Positions 12,401-25,731 of a stretch of 64,000 nucleotides of DNA are shown here, one piece after another; positions within the stretch are counted from its first letter, which is position 1, and every line of letters begins with the position of its first letter. A program made the position numbers and the translations under genes. The stretch spans positions 1,510,101-1,574,100 of the forward strand of contig NC_092677.1 of assembly GCF_964355755.1 (NCBI RefSeq), in the 5' to 3' direction. This DNA comes from Antedon mediterranea. Taxonomy: Eukaryota; Animalia; Echinodermata. Below the pieces are notes generated by a model. It saw only the letters and a list, made by a program, of their open reading frames with translations, was not told where the DNA came from and did not search any database.

Positions 12401-13870
12401 TATGTTCATCCCTAATACATTGTCAAACTATGGTTACCGGTAAATTCTTAATACGCAGATCTTGAAACACCCGTTGTGACTCCAACCAAATTGTCTGCAA
12501 AGATGGATGATACAGCAGAGTTTTCTACTGAACCTGTTGGATTCCCAACACCGATTACCATCACATGGATCAAAGATGACGTCACACTTGATATTTCTGA
12601 CATGCAAAAGTGTCCGCCTTCTGATGCAACATTGAAGATTAATAATGTAAATGAAACGGATGCAGGAGTGTATAAGTGTAGTGCAGAGAATGGTGCTTAT
12701 AGTGGAGAAGAAGGAAAACTTAGTAATACTGCCACACTGTCGATAGGTTGGTTGGAAAATAAACATTTTAAATGTTGATACAAAAATATTATATTTTATT
12801 GATATTTTCTGTAAGGACTAAATTGCCTGTCATAATTAATTGGTCCTATTATGCTATGTAGTAATGAATCTAAAGCACTGCAGCTACACAACAAAAACTG
12901 GAAGTTGGGGGAAATGTTTGGGAAAAAGAAGGGAAATGTTTTAATACTGAACTTTTACATTGGTGCGATACGATAAGGTTTCTTATTTTTTTTTTTTAAT
13001 TATAAAAGGCTTTTTGTGATATGACGTGTTTTACTAATATTGCTTGTTTCTCTATTCTTTTAGCATTAACGACAACATCTTTTATATTCAGTAAGTCAAC
13101 TACACGTAGGTTCTGTTTGTTTGCATTGTATTGTAAATTTCCAGGTTTTTGCTTTTGCGAAAAGAAAAAATGATAGAAATGGAAAGGGATATCCCCCTCC
13201 ATCCCCATGATCTGTATCACTGCTTAAAAGGGACAATAATGATGTCCTTTGTATATTCAACATTACATTATTGTAAACATGTTTAAAACACATGGAAACA
13301 CTAATCCTTCTGTTTTATTTGTTCAGTTTTAAGTAAAGAAGAAGTTCCAAAGAGAGAGAATGATTGTAATTCAACTGGTCTTGTTGTTGGAATGACGTTT
13401 GTTGGTGTGCTCATTGGATTCATTATATGTTTGATTGTGGTTTTTATCATCAGCAAAATAAGTAAGTCACATGCACAGGTAAAGTATAATTCAGACAGTA
13501 GAACCAAAATAAAAAGTGTAGCCTTAAAATGACAAATAGTTTAATGAAATACCGCAACTTAAGTAATGGAAACTATTTTAACATTAAATATGATGTTTTA
13601 TTTTGAAGGTACCTACATCGAAAAAAACCAACCAATCAGGAGTGTGGATGTTACATCAACATTCATCATTTATTATTATTACTATTGTTACCAATATATC
13701 AATAAAGGTTTACACGATTTTCATTCTTCTTTATTTTTTTTTTAGCAGCAGGCGTATGTGACTTATACTGGTGAGACATATAAAGAAACAAACCACAGAA
13801 GATTTACAGAAGAAAGATGATAATCAAGCTGTGTATGTAAATGTTAAAGCTAAAAAGGACAACAAATAAA
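9498..13870 (+). pseudogene. Ig-receptor unit 3 (V class A), pseudogene
   Basis: The leader at 9498 hits TAA after a 1-nt deletion relative to the intact copy at 38708. The V exon (about 9630-9957) has a +1 frameshift near 9780 (split ORFs 9617 and 9765). The I-set exon (about 12460-12747), stalk and TM are present. The tail exon has a frameshifting deletion before the YQDL motif. A 2-kb TIR element sits in intron 2. Confidence 0.8.
10151..12232. mobile_element. Non-autonomous Mutator/foldback-like DNA transposon with tandem-repeat TIRs
   Basis: About 200-bp arrays of about 16-bp units (caaagtcgcccc+nnnn) at 10151-10350 and their reverse complement at about 12025-12231. The termini are ggatgctagtcaagtcgcccc / ggggcgacttgactggatcc. 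The element is flanked by direct repeat gtttaagc (10143-10150, 12233-12240; 8-9 bp TSD). No transposase was recognised inside. Confidence 0.8.
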
Positions 13871-14856
13871 ATACATGTTTAAAATGAAAGTAAATAAATA
13901 TATTATTATTATTAATATTAAAGGAATATCATTGGTTTTAAACTACAATTACATACCTCTTGTTGATTTTATTATAAAAATAAAGAGAAATCAAAACATT
14001 GAGAAAGTGTTTTCTTTCTCTTGATCTCTATAACGCGTACAAATTAAAAACAAAGAAATTTGAATGCTGTGATTTGTATCATCATTAACTAAACAAAATA
14101 TACACAAGTACTTATAGTGACATTGTATATGCCAATGTGATGTAACAACATTTGATGTAAAGATGAAAACCATAGACATACTTGAAAAATGTAAAAACAA
14201 CGATAAATTTATTAGAATTGTATTTCTTGTTTTGATTTGTTGGAATTAAAACTTGCTTGTATTAGACCAACTTTGATTTGTTACTTTAAATTCAATGTTT
14301 GAATGCATTACTAGTACATTGACATATAATTATTCCAGCATTGAAGGAAAATAAACTTGACAATCAATAATTTTAACACCAATTTTAATTTAATTTGCCT
14401 TCAAGATGTTGCTTGCTGCCATGGTTTTTCAAAGAGTTGAATAATGTTCAAATTGATCTTTAAACGGAAACAAATTAATTCTAGGGACAAATTGGACCGG
14501 GTTTGGGTGCAATTGAGGTTCATTTCTGTTTTTAAGGAAGACATTTTAGAAATACCAGTTTGAGTTTGAACTGTTTGAACGTACTGTATAAATAAGGCCT
14601 AACACCATGTCTTTAAATAACGGTAACTAATTGAAAAGATTAATTTGATCATCTTGATTTGGACGCAAGTACATTACACTATAATTATGAAGGAAGTAAA
14701 AATAATATAATACAACAATGAACGGCAATTCATCTCAATCATAACAACGACAGGAACAACAACAACAACAGTATACAATACCGTAGAGTGCGAGACAATA
14801 AAAGTGTAGTCACCACCTAATAAAGCGGAAAAGATTTCCATATTCTATAGAACTGC

Positions 14857-16673
14857 AACGAAAGCAAAATGTACAAGTGCGATAGTGCTGTTGTTGTTGT
14901 AAGTACAAATATTTAAAAAAGATTCACAAAAGGACGCAATCGTAAATCCCTATTTTTTCGGATTTTTTATTTTAGTTGCAGATAGAAGTGGTCAAACACC
15001 AGTGACAGTGAATGCTGCAACAGCCAATGTAACAATGATGTGTACTCCTACATTTCTGACAGGAGATTCATTGCTTACTGGCTTAGTCGACAGGTGATGA
15101 TAGTGGTCAACAAGAATTAAGAAGTCCTCTTGTGATTTCTAAAACCAACCAATGGTCGATACAGCTTGTCCAATAATAGTCTGATAATAATTAATGTTGA
15201 AAGAGATAATAATAACTATCGTTGCGCTGTTAATACTAATTTAGGAAATGATGGTGAAACCTTTGCAGCACTCACTGCCAATTGTGAGTAGTAGATGATG
15301 CATTTTATACAGAATTTACACTTATTGACTTTCAAAGTGAGATGATGCTTAAAAATATAAAATATAAAATCAAATGCCAATTAATTATCTGGTTGGGGTG
15401 CACTGTGAGTAAAAAATACAAATTAAGTTCAGGACAAAGTACAAAAAGAGCGAATGTGGCTGTCATAAAATATCATAAAAATACAGCTAGTTATGTGTCA
15501 TACATTTACGGATATATATTACATTTAGGTCTAATATTTGAAAAATATTTTAAAATTGGTAAATGTAAACTTTCCATACACAGATCTTGATGAACCAGTT
15601 TTTAACCTAATGTCTGTCAACGATGAAACCGCAACATTTAAATGTACTGAACCTGATGGATTGCCAACATCAATTACCACCACATGGATCAAAGATGACG
15701 TCAGACTTGAGATACTGTCGGTCGTCGTATTCGAGCAAGGGTGCTTAACTAACGGCTTTGTTGACTGTGTATGATTTTACGCTTTAGATAGCGAAAATTT
15801 GATTATATTCGTCGTCTCCTAACCGTCGTGTTTCGTAAAGTCCAAATTAACAATTAATGACGTTGATGATGCAGATTAAGGAGTTTATCAGTGTAGAGCA
15901 GATAATGCTACTTACAGTGGAACAGATGTGAAACTTAATACTGCTACACTGTCAATAAGTTGGTAGGAAAATAAACTTTCTATAACCAATTACCTGTCGT
16001 AATATGGTCCTTTATGGTTAATATTCCTATTATGCTATGTAGTAATGAATTTACACAACGAAAACAGGAAGTTGGGGAAAATGTTTGGGAAAAAGAAAGG
16101 AAAATGAATTCTAAACTTTTGCATTGGTGGGAAACGATAAGGTTTTTTATTTAGTTTGTTTTAGTAATATAAATAGCTTTTGTAATGAACGCATGACGTG
16201 TTTTACTAATATTGCTTGTTCTTTTCTATTTTTTTATCATTGACGACAACATCTTGTAAGCCCACATGATCTGCATGTGTGCTTAAAAAGTAAAATATGA
16301 CCTTTGTATGTTTGTCAACATTATACATTATTGTAAAACACATGAAAACACTGATCCTTATCTATTAACGAGTGCGGGCGTATATGCATTCAACTGGTCT
16401 TGTTGGAATGACGTTTGTTGGTGTGCTCATTGGATTCATTATTTGTTTCCTGTGGGTTTTATTATCAGCAAAAGTAACAATAAATAAAAAACAAAGAAGT
16501 CAAAGGTAAAGTATATTCTGATTCATAAAGTAGAATTACACAAAAATAGTAAAATGCTCAAAGGTTACATGAACTACGGTACACTGCACAAGTAATGAAA
16601 TGTATTTACATTAAGTTCTTGTTGATGTTTTATTTTAAAGGTATCTACATCAACAAACAGCAACAAATTAGGG
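14857..16673 (+). pseudogene. Ig-receptor unit 4 (V class A), decayed pseudogene
   Basis: Leader remnant without ATG. V exon about 14976-15283 has multiple deletions. The I-set exon from 15584 is interrupted by unrelated sequence (about 15711-15843). The TM (about 16390-16506) and microexon are degenerate, and the tail exon is replaced by a Helitron fragment. Confidence 0.75.
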
Positions 16674-16719
16674 GTAAGGATACCATACAACTTTCAATAC
16701 TAATTTTCACTCTTCATTA

Positions 16720-17150
16720 TCTATATATAAATTATTTTATGTAAGGGAAAAATTCGGTAAATCGCCCGTACTTCTAGAATTTCTACTCGATGGTATATAA
16801 AGTTGGTTCGTACTTTCGGTACTGATTTTAGCCACCTGATTTAACCCTGCTTACAAATTAAATTGAGTTAGATAATTAGTTATTGACAATTAAAAAGAAT
16901 TTAGGTTCAACGATTTGCCCCAAATAGGGGTGTTTTCCGTGGTATACATTGTGTTATGGATGTCCATCTTGAAAAATACCCGCACACAATAATACTATCT
17001 CCTTCTACGATAATTGATCAGCTCGAGTACAGCATCATAATGTTGAAGAAAGGTCGACCTTTTTAAAAAAATACTATTTGGATATATTTAATATAATTAT
17101 ACGTTTATACAAATGTATTGATTTGCGATGAATGGAACATTTCAATCTGT
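16720..17150 (+). mobile_element. 5' fragment of non-autonomous Helitron
   Basis: Begins A|TCTATATATAA and is colinear with the 5' part of the Helitron copies at 34330 (+) and 36752 (-). Confidence 0.7.
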
Positions 17151-17400
17151 TTGAAGCTTCAAATTCCTCGGCAAATAGAGGGCGCATTATTTCGTAAGAA
17201 GACAGTACTTTACAAATATTGAAAATATGCTTGTTCACAAAAAGTCATCTAAACATTGGGCCTCCGTACAGCATCATGGAGGAAGTAAACACAAATGTAA
17301 ATCAATTGGCATTCAGATCCATCAGTGTCCTGAGAGACAAGAGTGAAAGTATCATTTTGGATTTTCAGATTTTTAGGCGTGACCAGCATGTCCTTCTTAA

Positions 17401-17483
17401 TAAATAATAATAATAAATAACATTTATAAAGCGCAAGAGACAAAGGTTTCAAAGCGCTGTGTTTTCCAAGATCAGTGCAAGCG
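17401..17483 (-). mobile_element. Short 3'-end fragment of an L2/CR1-type LINE or SINE
   Basis: Absent at the paralogous site (about 31180) and flanked by the direct repeat ttcttaa (17394-17400, 17484-17490). The minus strand ends gcgctttataaat...(tat)n, as in L2-like 3' tails. Confidence 0.6.
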
Positions 17484-17498
17484 TTCTTAACAGAAGTA

Positions 17499-20400
17499 AT
17501 GGTGATATGTGAATGTGCACTAATTTTTCTGATTTTCCAAAGCGACTGTAAGTAGAAACTTAAATGTCATGCATGTTATTAGTATGGTCCTACTATTATT
17601 TTAACATAGACTATAAGACTGAAATGGCTATGGACGGTGACTGAATCTATCCAGCCTAGCATGTGCCCGCACACTCCGAAATCATGGAGTTTATGAAGAA
17701 GCTTAGAGTGGCTGACGCGATCAAACGCCTTTTTCCAGTCCAGAAAAATAGCATCAATAAGAGGATTGGCAATATCAAGGGTTTTAGCCCATTCATGGTA
17801 TAAAGAAGTAGCTTGAGTAACACATGAGTGGCCTGGATAAAATCCATGTTGAACAGGGCTAATAAAACCATTACGCTGCAAGTGTTGGAGGAGATAATCT
17901 GCCACAAAGCGCTCAAGTACTTTACCCACGACTGAACAAAGTGAAATAGGTCTATAATTCGATATTTCGTTTCTGTTACCAGATTTGAATATCGGAACGA
18001 CATTGGCTAGCTTCCAATCCAAAGGAACTCTACCCTGATCAAGAGATAATTTAAAGATCCTACACAGGATAGGAGAAATGATCGGGGCAGCCAAGCTGAT
18101 CCATTTGTTGTGATCGGTGAACGTGCAAAAAAATCATACCTTTTGTTGTTACACTATAACAGTATTATTATTATTAATATAATTATATTAATTAATTTAA
18201 AATGTCATCGAAGCGTGCGCATTGGCGATAAAGTAAAATACCTTATTTCATTGTGGGGAAGCCCTGAGTTCAGAGATCGGTTGGAAGTGAAAAACTGGCG
18301 TAAAAGCACCGGCAACAAAATGTCTGTGTTCAACGAGATGGCGGACACGAGAAGATGGGCCATCCTCATAAAGAAGGATTTAATATCCCAAACAAAATTG
18401 AAGGGGTCGTCGTATAAAGCGGCGAAAGACCGAGTAAATAAATCTGGAGCCGGTGCAAGTACGGGATTTGAACATTTTTCTGCCATATGATATTTTAGGT
18501 CATAGACCAAATATAAACCCAAACCCCAAAATGATCGGCTGGTTGGTATGCCCGACAACCAATCGATAATGCCGAGCACAAGTGTTCGGTCTAGGCCTGT
18601 AACTCCTAAACCAACCACTAATACTTTTAATAACAACGAAGGTAGGTCTATGCGTGCGTTAGAGTTTGGTCAATCGCCAGCGAGTGACATCATATCCGTT
18701 TGTAACGCAACTTCGTTGCAGTGAATCTGAACACTTTGCTCTTACGATGCTCATTAAAATATGACCGTGGCTGTGATACGAAAGCATAATTCCGTAGGTC
18801 TGAACATGAGTTTGGTTTAACACAAGTAGGTAAATTTGTGAGCTCTTGGTTTAACACATACGGTAGGTAAATATATGGGCCCTTTGAGAATAAACTTGCA
18901 ATACTTTGACAATACTGTAAATACCTATTAACTAGTTTTGGTCCTCATTTGAATCGAACATTTCTTACTTTGAATGTTCGTACTGTTAGATGTAATATAA
19001 AAATATATACAAATAAACTTTATTACTGAGATTGTGGTTATGCTCTACTTCTGTTAGATATATAAACACATTATTATATACAAATAAACTTTATACTGAC
19101 AGTTCCTTCTCAACGTTTGTATTAATTAATAATTACCAATAATATAAACGTCGTAGTGGTGTATCGTGACATGTACTTTAATATTTCAATCGATTATGAC
19201 AGTGACAGTTTTAACAAAGTATTAAATCGCAAATGTTTTACTGTATTTAGAGGTATATTATTTATAGGCCTATAAAACATGAACAAAATATTTCGTTACT
19301 GAGTGGATAAAGAATATATTTAAAAATTGTTCCTCTTTGTACCTATCCGCTTTCCCGTCCCTCAACCCTAATGTTACATACAAAACACAAATTGGGTTTC
19401 TTTAAGTGAGTCCAAATTTGGACTCATTTTGTTTCTCCTTCGGAAGTAATTCCCAGGGTGCTAATTTTAGTTGACTACATAAATCATCGTGTCTATTTAT
19501 TCGTTTCTGTAAACGACAATGTATTGTAGTCCTGTGGTACGTACATTTGAAATCGCCAGTTTTGTTACGCTGAAATTACTGTGTATTCGAGAACCATCTA
19601 GTATACATAAGTAGGCCTACATTTCCGTCATTATTTGAAATACAAATAATACAATCATGCGTTTAATGTTATTTCCGTATTATAGAGGTGGTTCAAACTT
19701 AAGTCGACAATTAAATAAAAAACTAATAATTTAAAATTAAATTCCCGTTGTCTGTGTTTGCGCGGGTGTGTCGATTTGTTATCCTGCCGGACCACATAGT
19801 TTGGTTTGTGAAACCAGAACAGAAAACGATAATAGAGAGAATGCACATTCACTAGAATTGTATTTTGTTTTTTTCGTCTTTCTGATTTTAACACTTTGCA
19901 GCACAATGTTATATTTCAAAAGCAAGTAACGTAGCGTATTGTAGTTTCAGATACAAGTGCCCAAACACAAGTGTCAGTGGATGCTGGTACAGCGAGAGAG
20001 TTTGACAATGTAACAATGGTGTGTACTCCATCATTTCTGTCAGGAGATTCATTGGTTCAACTGGCTTGGACAAAAGCTGATGAGAATGGTAAACAAGAAG
20101 GAAGTGCTCTTGTTATTTCTCCAGGATTAACATCCAATGGTCGTTACAGTTTGTCCAATAATAATCTTATAATAACTGATGTTGAACGAGGTGATGCAAG
20201 CAACTACCGTTGTGCTGTTAGCACCAATCTTGCAAATCCTGGTGAAAACTTTGCAGAACTCGCAGTCAATTGTGAGTACAGTATAGTAGAATTTTATGAA
20301 TATGCAATTATTTCTTCAAATACAATAAATAAGTGTGAGGATGATACTGTATTTTAGACATTATAATTTGTTTATGTTTAATGTAAGAACATTTGGACAT

Positions 20401-22377
20401 ACAAGCTACAGTAATTGTTTTGTGTTAACTTATTTTAAACAAGTAGTGTATTTTGTTATTGATTTCATTTGTCAGTTAATTGTGAGTATAAAGTAAATTA
20501 TGATGAATATTTGTAATTTGCACATTTCTTCAAATTATAATAAATTTTTATCAGAATTTCAAAGCGAGATGATGATGCTTAGAAATATACTTATACAGTA
20601 CTGTATTAAAAGCTTAGACTTATCAATGTTGTTGAAAAAAATAATTATTTGAAAATGTTTTGTCTTGAATGTTTAGACATACAATATTGTACTTGTCGAT
20701 AAATAGTATTGTGTAGCAATTGAAACAATTAATCACAAATTATTATCAAATTTATCATAAAAATAAAGTTGTGTTTGTGGTAATACATGAGTATTTTAAA
20801 AATTGTTATGTAAGTTTTCCATGAACAGATATTGACAACCCAGGTTTGAAGCTAATGTCTAACGATGATGAAGCAGCAACATTTGAATGTACTAAACCTG
20901 ACGGATTCCCAACACCAATTAGCATCACATGGATCAAAGATGACGTCACACTTGATGTGTCTGATACACAAAAGTATCCGTCTTCTGATGCAACATTAAC
21001 AATTAATGACGTTGATGAAACAGATGAGGGAGTTTATCAGTGTAGAGCAGAGAATGCTGCTTACAGTGGAACAGAAAGAAAACTTAGTAACACTGTTACC
21101 CTCATCACATTAGGTTGGTACGATTGGAATCAAATAGTTTCATAACTGTTAATTGATACAATGAATACATACTATATATAAACAGACATTTCATTCTTTT
21201 GGATCGTGTTTTCTCTACCACAAATAATTTTTCTTTTGTTTCTACACTGATATGGATAGCACTGGTGAGCTAACACAACAAAAATGGAACGCTTTAGTTG
21301 TTTGTTTTTTCTTATTATTATGCAGGTGTTTTGATATGAACGCTTGATACGTTTCGATAATAATGCTTTTTTATTTATTTAGAATTTACGAGTATTTCTA
21401 TATCCAGTAAAGCCTGGTTTCCATAAAATCGCTACACCGTGTCGCCGACTGCTGTCGCCGACAGAGCGTAGCGATTCTATGGAAACGCTATAATTTATCG
21501 GGGATCTAGTACGCGAGCGCTAAATATTCTTTGGTACACGCGTATACGACTCATCGCCGACAAAATCGGCAAAGTTGAACATGGTTGAACTTTGCCGATT
21601 TGTCAGCGATGAATTGGGGAGACCTCCCCGATGCGCGTCGGTGACATTTGCGCGTGTAGCGATTTCAATGGAAACGGTGTAGCGATTTTATGGAAACCAG
21701 GCTTTAGTCAACTATAAGTACGTTGATTTTTATTATAAAATTGTAAATTTCCGGGTTTCAACGAAAAGAATAAAAATAAATGAATGAAAATAAATACAAT
21801 CCGGGTTTGGTTCCAAAATAGACAAGCATGAAAATGGGACAAATCGATATGAGCATCGGTGTGTCTTAAAAGCAACAACGACAATTAGTATAAATCAGAA
21901 AAAAAAAAAGAAACTACGGTATATACAAAGGTTCCCTGGATCTGTACTGCTTACGCTCTGCATATGTATCACTTACACTTTAATATTATAAAAGGGTTAA
22001 TTTCATACAATTATGAAAACACTGACACAGTACTGATAATTGTTCAGTTTTAAGTACAGAAGTTCCAAAGAGTGAGGGCGTGTGTAATTCAACTGATTTT
22101 GTTGTTGGAATGACGTTTGTTGGTGTGCTCATTGGATTCATTCTCTGTTTGCTTGTGGGTTTTATCATCAGCAAAATAAGGAAGTCACATGAACAGGTAA
22201 AGTATAATTCTGAAAGCAAAAGTGTAGACTTAAATAGACCAAAGTGTGAATGAAATACCGCATACTTAAGTAATAGAAACTATTTTAACATTAAATATGA
22301 TGGTTTATTTTGAAGGTACCTACATCGAAAAACACCAACCAATCAGGGGTAAGGATGCTATACGTCACTTTCACTCG

Positions 22378-22411
<34 letters not shown>

Positions 22412-22613
22412 TTATTATTACTATTGTCACCAATATATCAATAAAGGTTTTACACGTTTTTCATTCTTTTTTATTTATTTTTAGCAGCAGGAGTATATGA
22501 CTTATACTGGAGAGACAGATAAAGAAACCAACCACACATACCAAGATTTACAGAAGAAAGACGATAATCAAGCTGTATATGTAAATGTTAAAGCAAAGAG
22601 GGACAACAAATAA
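17499..22613 (+). CDS. Ig-superfamily receptor unit 5 (V class A); coding exons intact from V onward, leader assignment uncertain
   Basis: Exons 19945/19951-20271 (V), 20829-21113 (I-set), 21383-21406 (24-nt stalk), 22048-22196 (TM), 22316-22348, 22485-22613 (tail). The nearest upstream phase-1 leader is 17499-17547 (MVICECALIFLIFQSD), separated from V by TE fragments. Confidence 0.65.
17641..18094 (-). mobile_element. Non-LTR (CR1/L2-like) reverse transcriptase fragment
   Basis: The ORF contains P.DWK.ANVVPIFK.G.....NYRPISL, QHGF, SC.TQ and D..KAFDRVSH..LL.KL motifs of LINE RT. Homology to the host paralog (31321-31330) breaks at about 17641. Confidence 0.85.
18200..18520 (+). mobile_element. 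Degenerate Myb/SANT-like (trihelix) DNA-binding ORF, probably a PIF/Harbinger transposon remnant
   Basis: KYLISLWG..F..RL...N.M.VFNEMA...YKAAKDRVNKSGAG...FEHF..I(*)DILGHRP resembles the Myb/SANT-like domain of Harbinger accessory proteins. Recognised by eye only. Confidence 0.55.
18806..19601 (+). mobile_element. 3' part of non-autonomous Helitron
   Basis: Near-identical to about 34794-36427 without the nested insertion. It ends CTAG|T, and the terminal hairpin has been deleted between accatct repeats. Confidence 0.7.
21411..21703. mobile_element. PIF/Harbinger-like MITE
   Basis: Perfect about 30-bp TIRs agcctggtttccataaaatcgctacaccgt / acggtgtagcgattttatggaaaccaggct with TAA and TTA flanks. 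Paralogs have an uninterrupted ccagtaagtcaact here. Confidence 0.8.
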
Positions 22614-23786
22614 TGCATCTTTAATTGTTAATGAAAAATCATAGTTTGTAAATTGTTGATTTTAATAATATAACTCAATCATTTATGGGTAAAACTGATC
22701 AATTAATTAATTAATTTAAAATAACAAGAAAAAGTGTTAATTCTGCAATTAGTTATAAAAAACCATACACTTTACTTAGTGCCATTGCCTACCAATGGTA
22801 TATAGCAATGTGTGATGTAAAGATGAAAACCATAGTGTAAATAACAAGATACATTAATTATGCGAATTCTATGTCTTGGTCATTTTTTTCGTACTGGAAT
22901 TAAAATTTGCTTGTAGTTGAATCGTTGAATAGAAAAATAAGGATTTCATACACCAATATGCGTTTAAGTTCATATTATTAGAGGAGTGTTCTTTAATTTA
23001 ATTTCTTGATTCGATTGCTTTGTTTGGTTGCTCGTTGCCATTTTTCATAACTGCATTCGTTCAAAATTATTTTGAAACGAATTTCATCGTCTTTCGTTCA
23101 AATGTAGCCTAATGACGCCTGACGCCCTCTACCTCACTCTATGTAGCTTTCATTTTCTTACAAAAGTGCTACACACTCTTTAGTCTTCACGCTCATTAGA
23201 CATTACAAGCAAGTATCGTTACAGGTTGGTTTATTTTTGTTAATATACTTAATACATAACTTGTCAAACTACTTTTTATTATTTAGCAAATTAATTGTCA
23301 CTAATAAAAACGGTAAGGTACTCAATCGATATTTGACATGGACGATACTGTATGGAGGAAGTAGACATAATATCAAAGTATGAATCCACACTCATAACAA
23401 TAACAGGAACAATCATTATTTCAATATACATTATATACAATAGTGGAATAGTTTTGCTGTATAGGCCAACTGCGTCGTATTTAAGATTCCTGCTTTAGAT
23501 TTGTGGAGATGAAGACGGATATGTCAATATGAAATGTGATTTTTTTTTCAACTTTGTGTTTGTAAAAAGACAGTTCTTTAGAAATATAGGAAATATTTTT
23601 ATTCACAAAAAATTAATCTAAACATTGGGCCACCATACATTATGGAGGAAATAAACAAAACATTTAATTCAATTCGCATTCTGACAATACAAGCGATCAG
23701 TGTCCTGTATAGTATATACTGAGAGACAAGAGTGAATGTATCATTTGGGATTTTCAGATTGTTTAGGCATGATCTTAACAGAAGTA

Positions 23787-25731
23787 ATGGCGATATGTGA
23801 GTGTGCACTCATTTTTCTGATTTTCCAAAGCGACTGTAAGTAGAAACTTAGAATATAATTGGCGTAATCAATTGTCATGCATGTTTATTAGTAGGACCCT
23901 ACTATGGTTTCAAGACTGAAATGGCTATGGAGTTTGACGGCGTAGTAACCAATTTTTATTGTATTGTATTGTTTGTATTAATTGATTTGTTTTATACAAA
24001 TACATGAATACTCATTCATTTTGTGTATATAGTTATAAATGGTCAAACTCATGTTGTCAATGTGCAAGATGCTACTGTTAAATTAGGTGAAGATGCTATT
24101 ATCACCTGTGATTACACACTCACTGGTTCAAGAACCTTTCTTTCTGCTCAATGGTACAATAGCAATTCAGACGAAAACCTTCTTGTTAATACTGCAGTGT
24201 CACATTCTAATGGTAGATATACAGTTGATACCACACAAACTGGTACAGCTACTCTCACCATTGCAACCTCAGTGTTGTCTGATGATGGATACTTTAGGTG
24301 TAGAATTGTTGATTCAACTACTGTTTCTTGGGAAAACAACGGAAATCTTACTGTTCAATGTAAGTATGTAATAAATCCACGAATGGTATACTGTAGATTT
24401 AAGTCATTTAAAAATAGGCAATCATCATTTTAATATAAAGACAATTGATTTTGTCAATACAGATCTGGAAACCCCCATTTTGAAGTCGGACACATTATCT
24501 GTCATGATAAATGACACCGCGACATTTACATGTACTCAACTTATCGGTGAACCAAAATCAATTACTGTCAGATGGACAAAGAATGATGCTACGCTAGATA
24601 TTTCTGATACAGACAAATATCCGTCTTCTAATTCAACATTAATAATTAATAAAGTAGATGAAATGGACGACGGAAGTTATCGGTGTGTAGCAGGGAATGC
24701 TGCTTACAGTGGAGATGAAGGAAAACCGAGTAATCCTCTTATACTCTCAGTAGGTTGGTTGCAATAACGCTGTTATAACTAATGATACAATAATATCATT
24801 ATTTTATTGATATCATAGGTATATTATATGGAACCAAATTAAGAGTCAATCATAATTATACAGAATATTCCAACAATATGTATTATGCGGTAACAGTTAC
24901 ACAGTTTAGTTGTAATAGGCCTTTTTACAATATAGCACAAATAATATTTAAAACCAATAGTTGCACTGACTATGTTTAAATAACATAATCATATACTTTC
25001 TATTTCCTTAGCATTGAGAACAACTTCTTCTACATCCAGTAGGTCAACTACACGTACGTTTCATTTGTTTGCATTGCACTAATAGTTTTCCATTTTTAGG
25101 CCCTATAATTTTGTGAATAAAAAATATGACCTTTGTATATTTGTTATGTCACAATCACTTGGTAACTCTGATTCTCCTGAATCTTGCGTACACAGAAGTT
25201 CCAAAGAGTGGTGAGGGCGTGTGTAATTCAACTGGTCTTGTTGTTGGAATGACGTTTGTTGGTGTGCTCATTGGATTCATTATCTGTTTGATTGTGGTTT
25301 TTATTATCAGAAAAATAGAGAAGTCAAAATCGCAGGTGAATTATAATTCAGAAAGTAGAAAAAAATAGTCGAAGGTTTAGTGAAATACCGTCACAATTAA
25401 TGGAAAATGTATTCAATTTACTTTTTGATGTTTTATTTTAAAGGCACCGACATCAACAAATGACAACCAATCAGGGGTAAGGATGCTATACTTCAACCTT
25501 AATTATTCGCTTTCACTTTGATCATTATCATCATTGTAACCAAAACACAATAAAGGTTTGCATGATTGTAATTCATCTTACTTTACTGTTGTATTTTTTT
25601 AGCAGCAGGCGTATATGACTTACACTGGAGAGACAGATAAAGAGGATAACCACACATACCAAGATTTACAGAAGAAAGACGATAATCAAGCTGTATATGT
25701 AAATGTTAAAGCAAAAAAAGACAAAAAATAA
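23787..25731 (+). CDS. Ig-superfamily receptor unit 6 (V class B), apparently intact
   Basis: Exons 23787-23835 (MAICECALIFLIFQSD), 24033-24359 (V), 24463-24753 (I-set), 25012-25038, 25196-25335 (TM), 25444-25476, 25603-25731 (tail). Phases are compatible and there are no stops. Confidence 0.85.
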
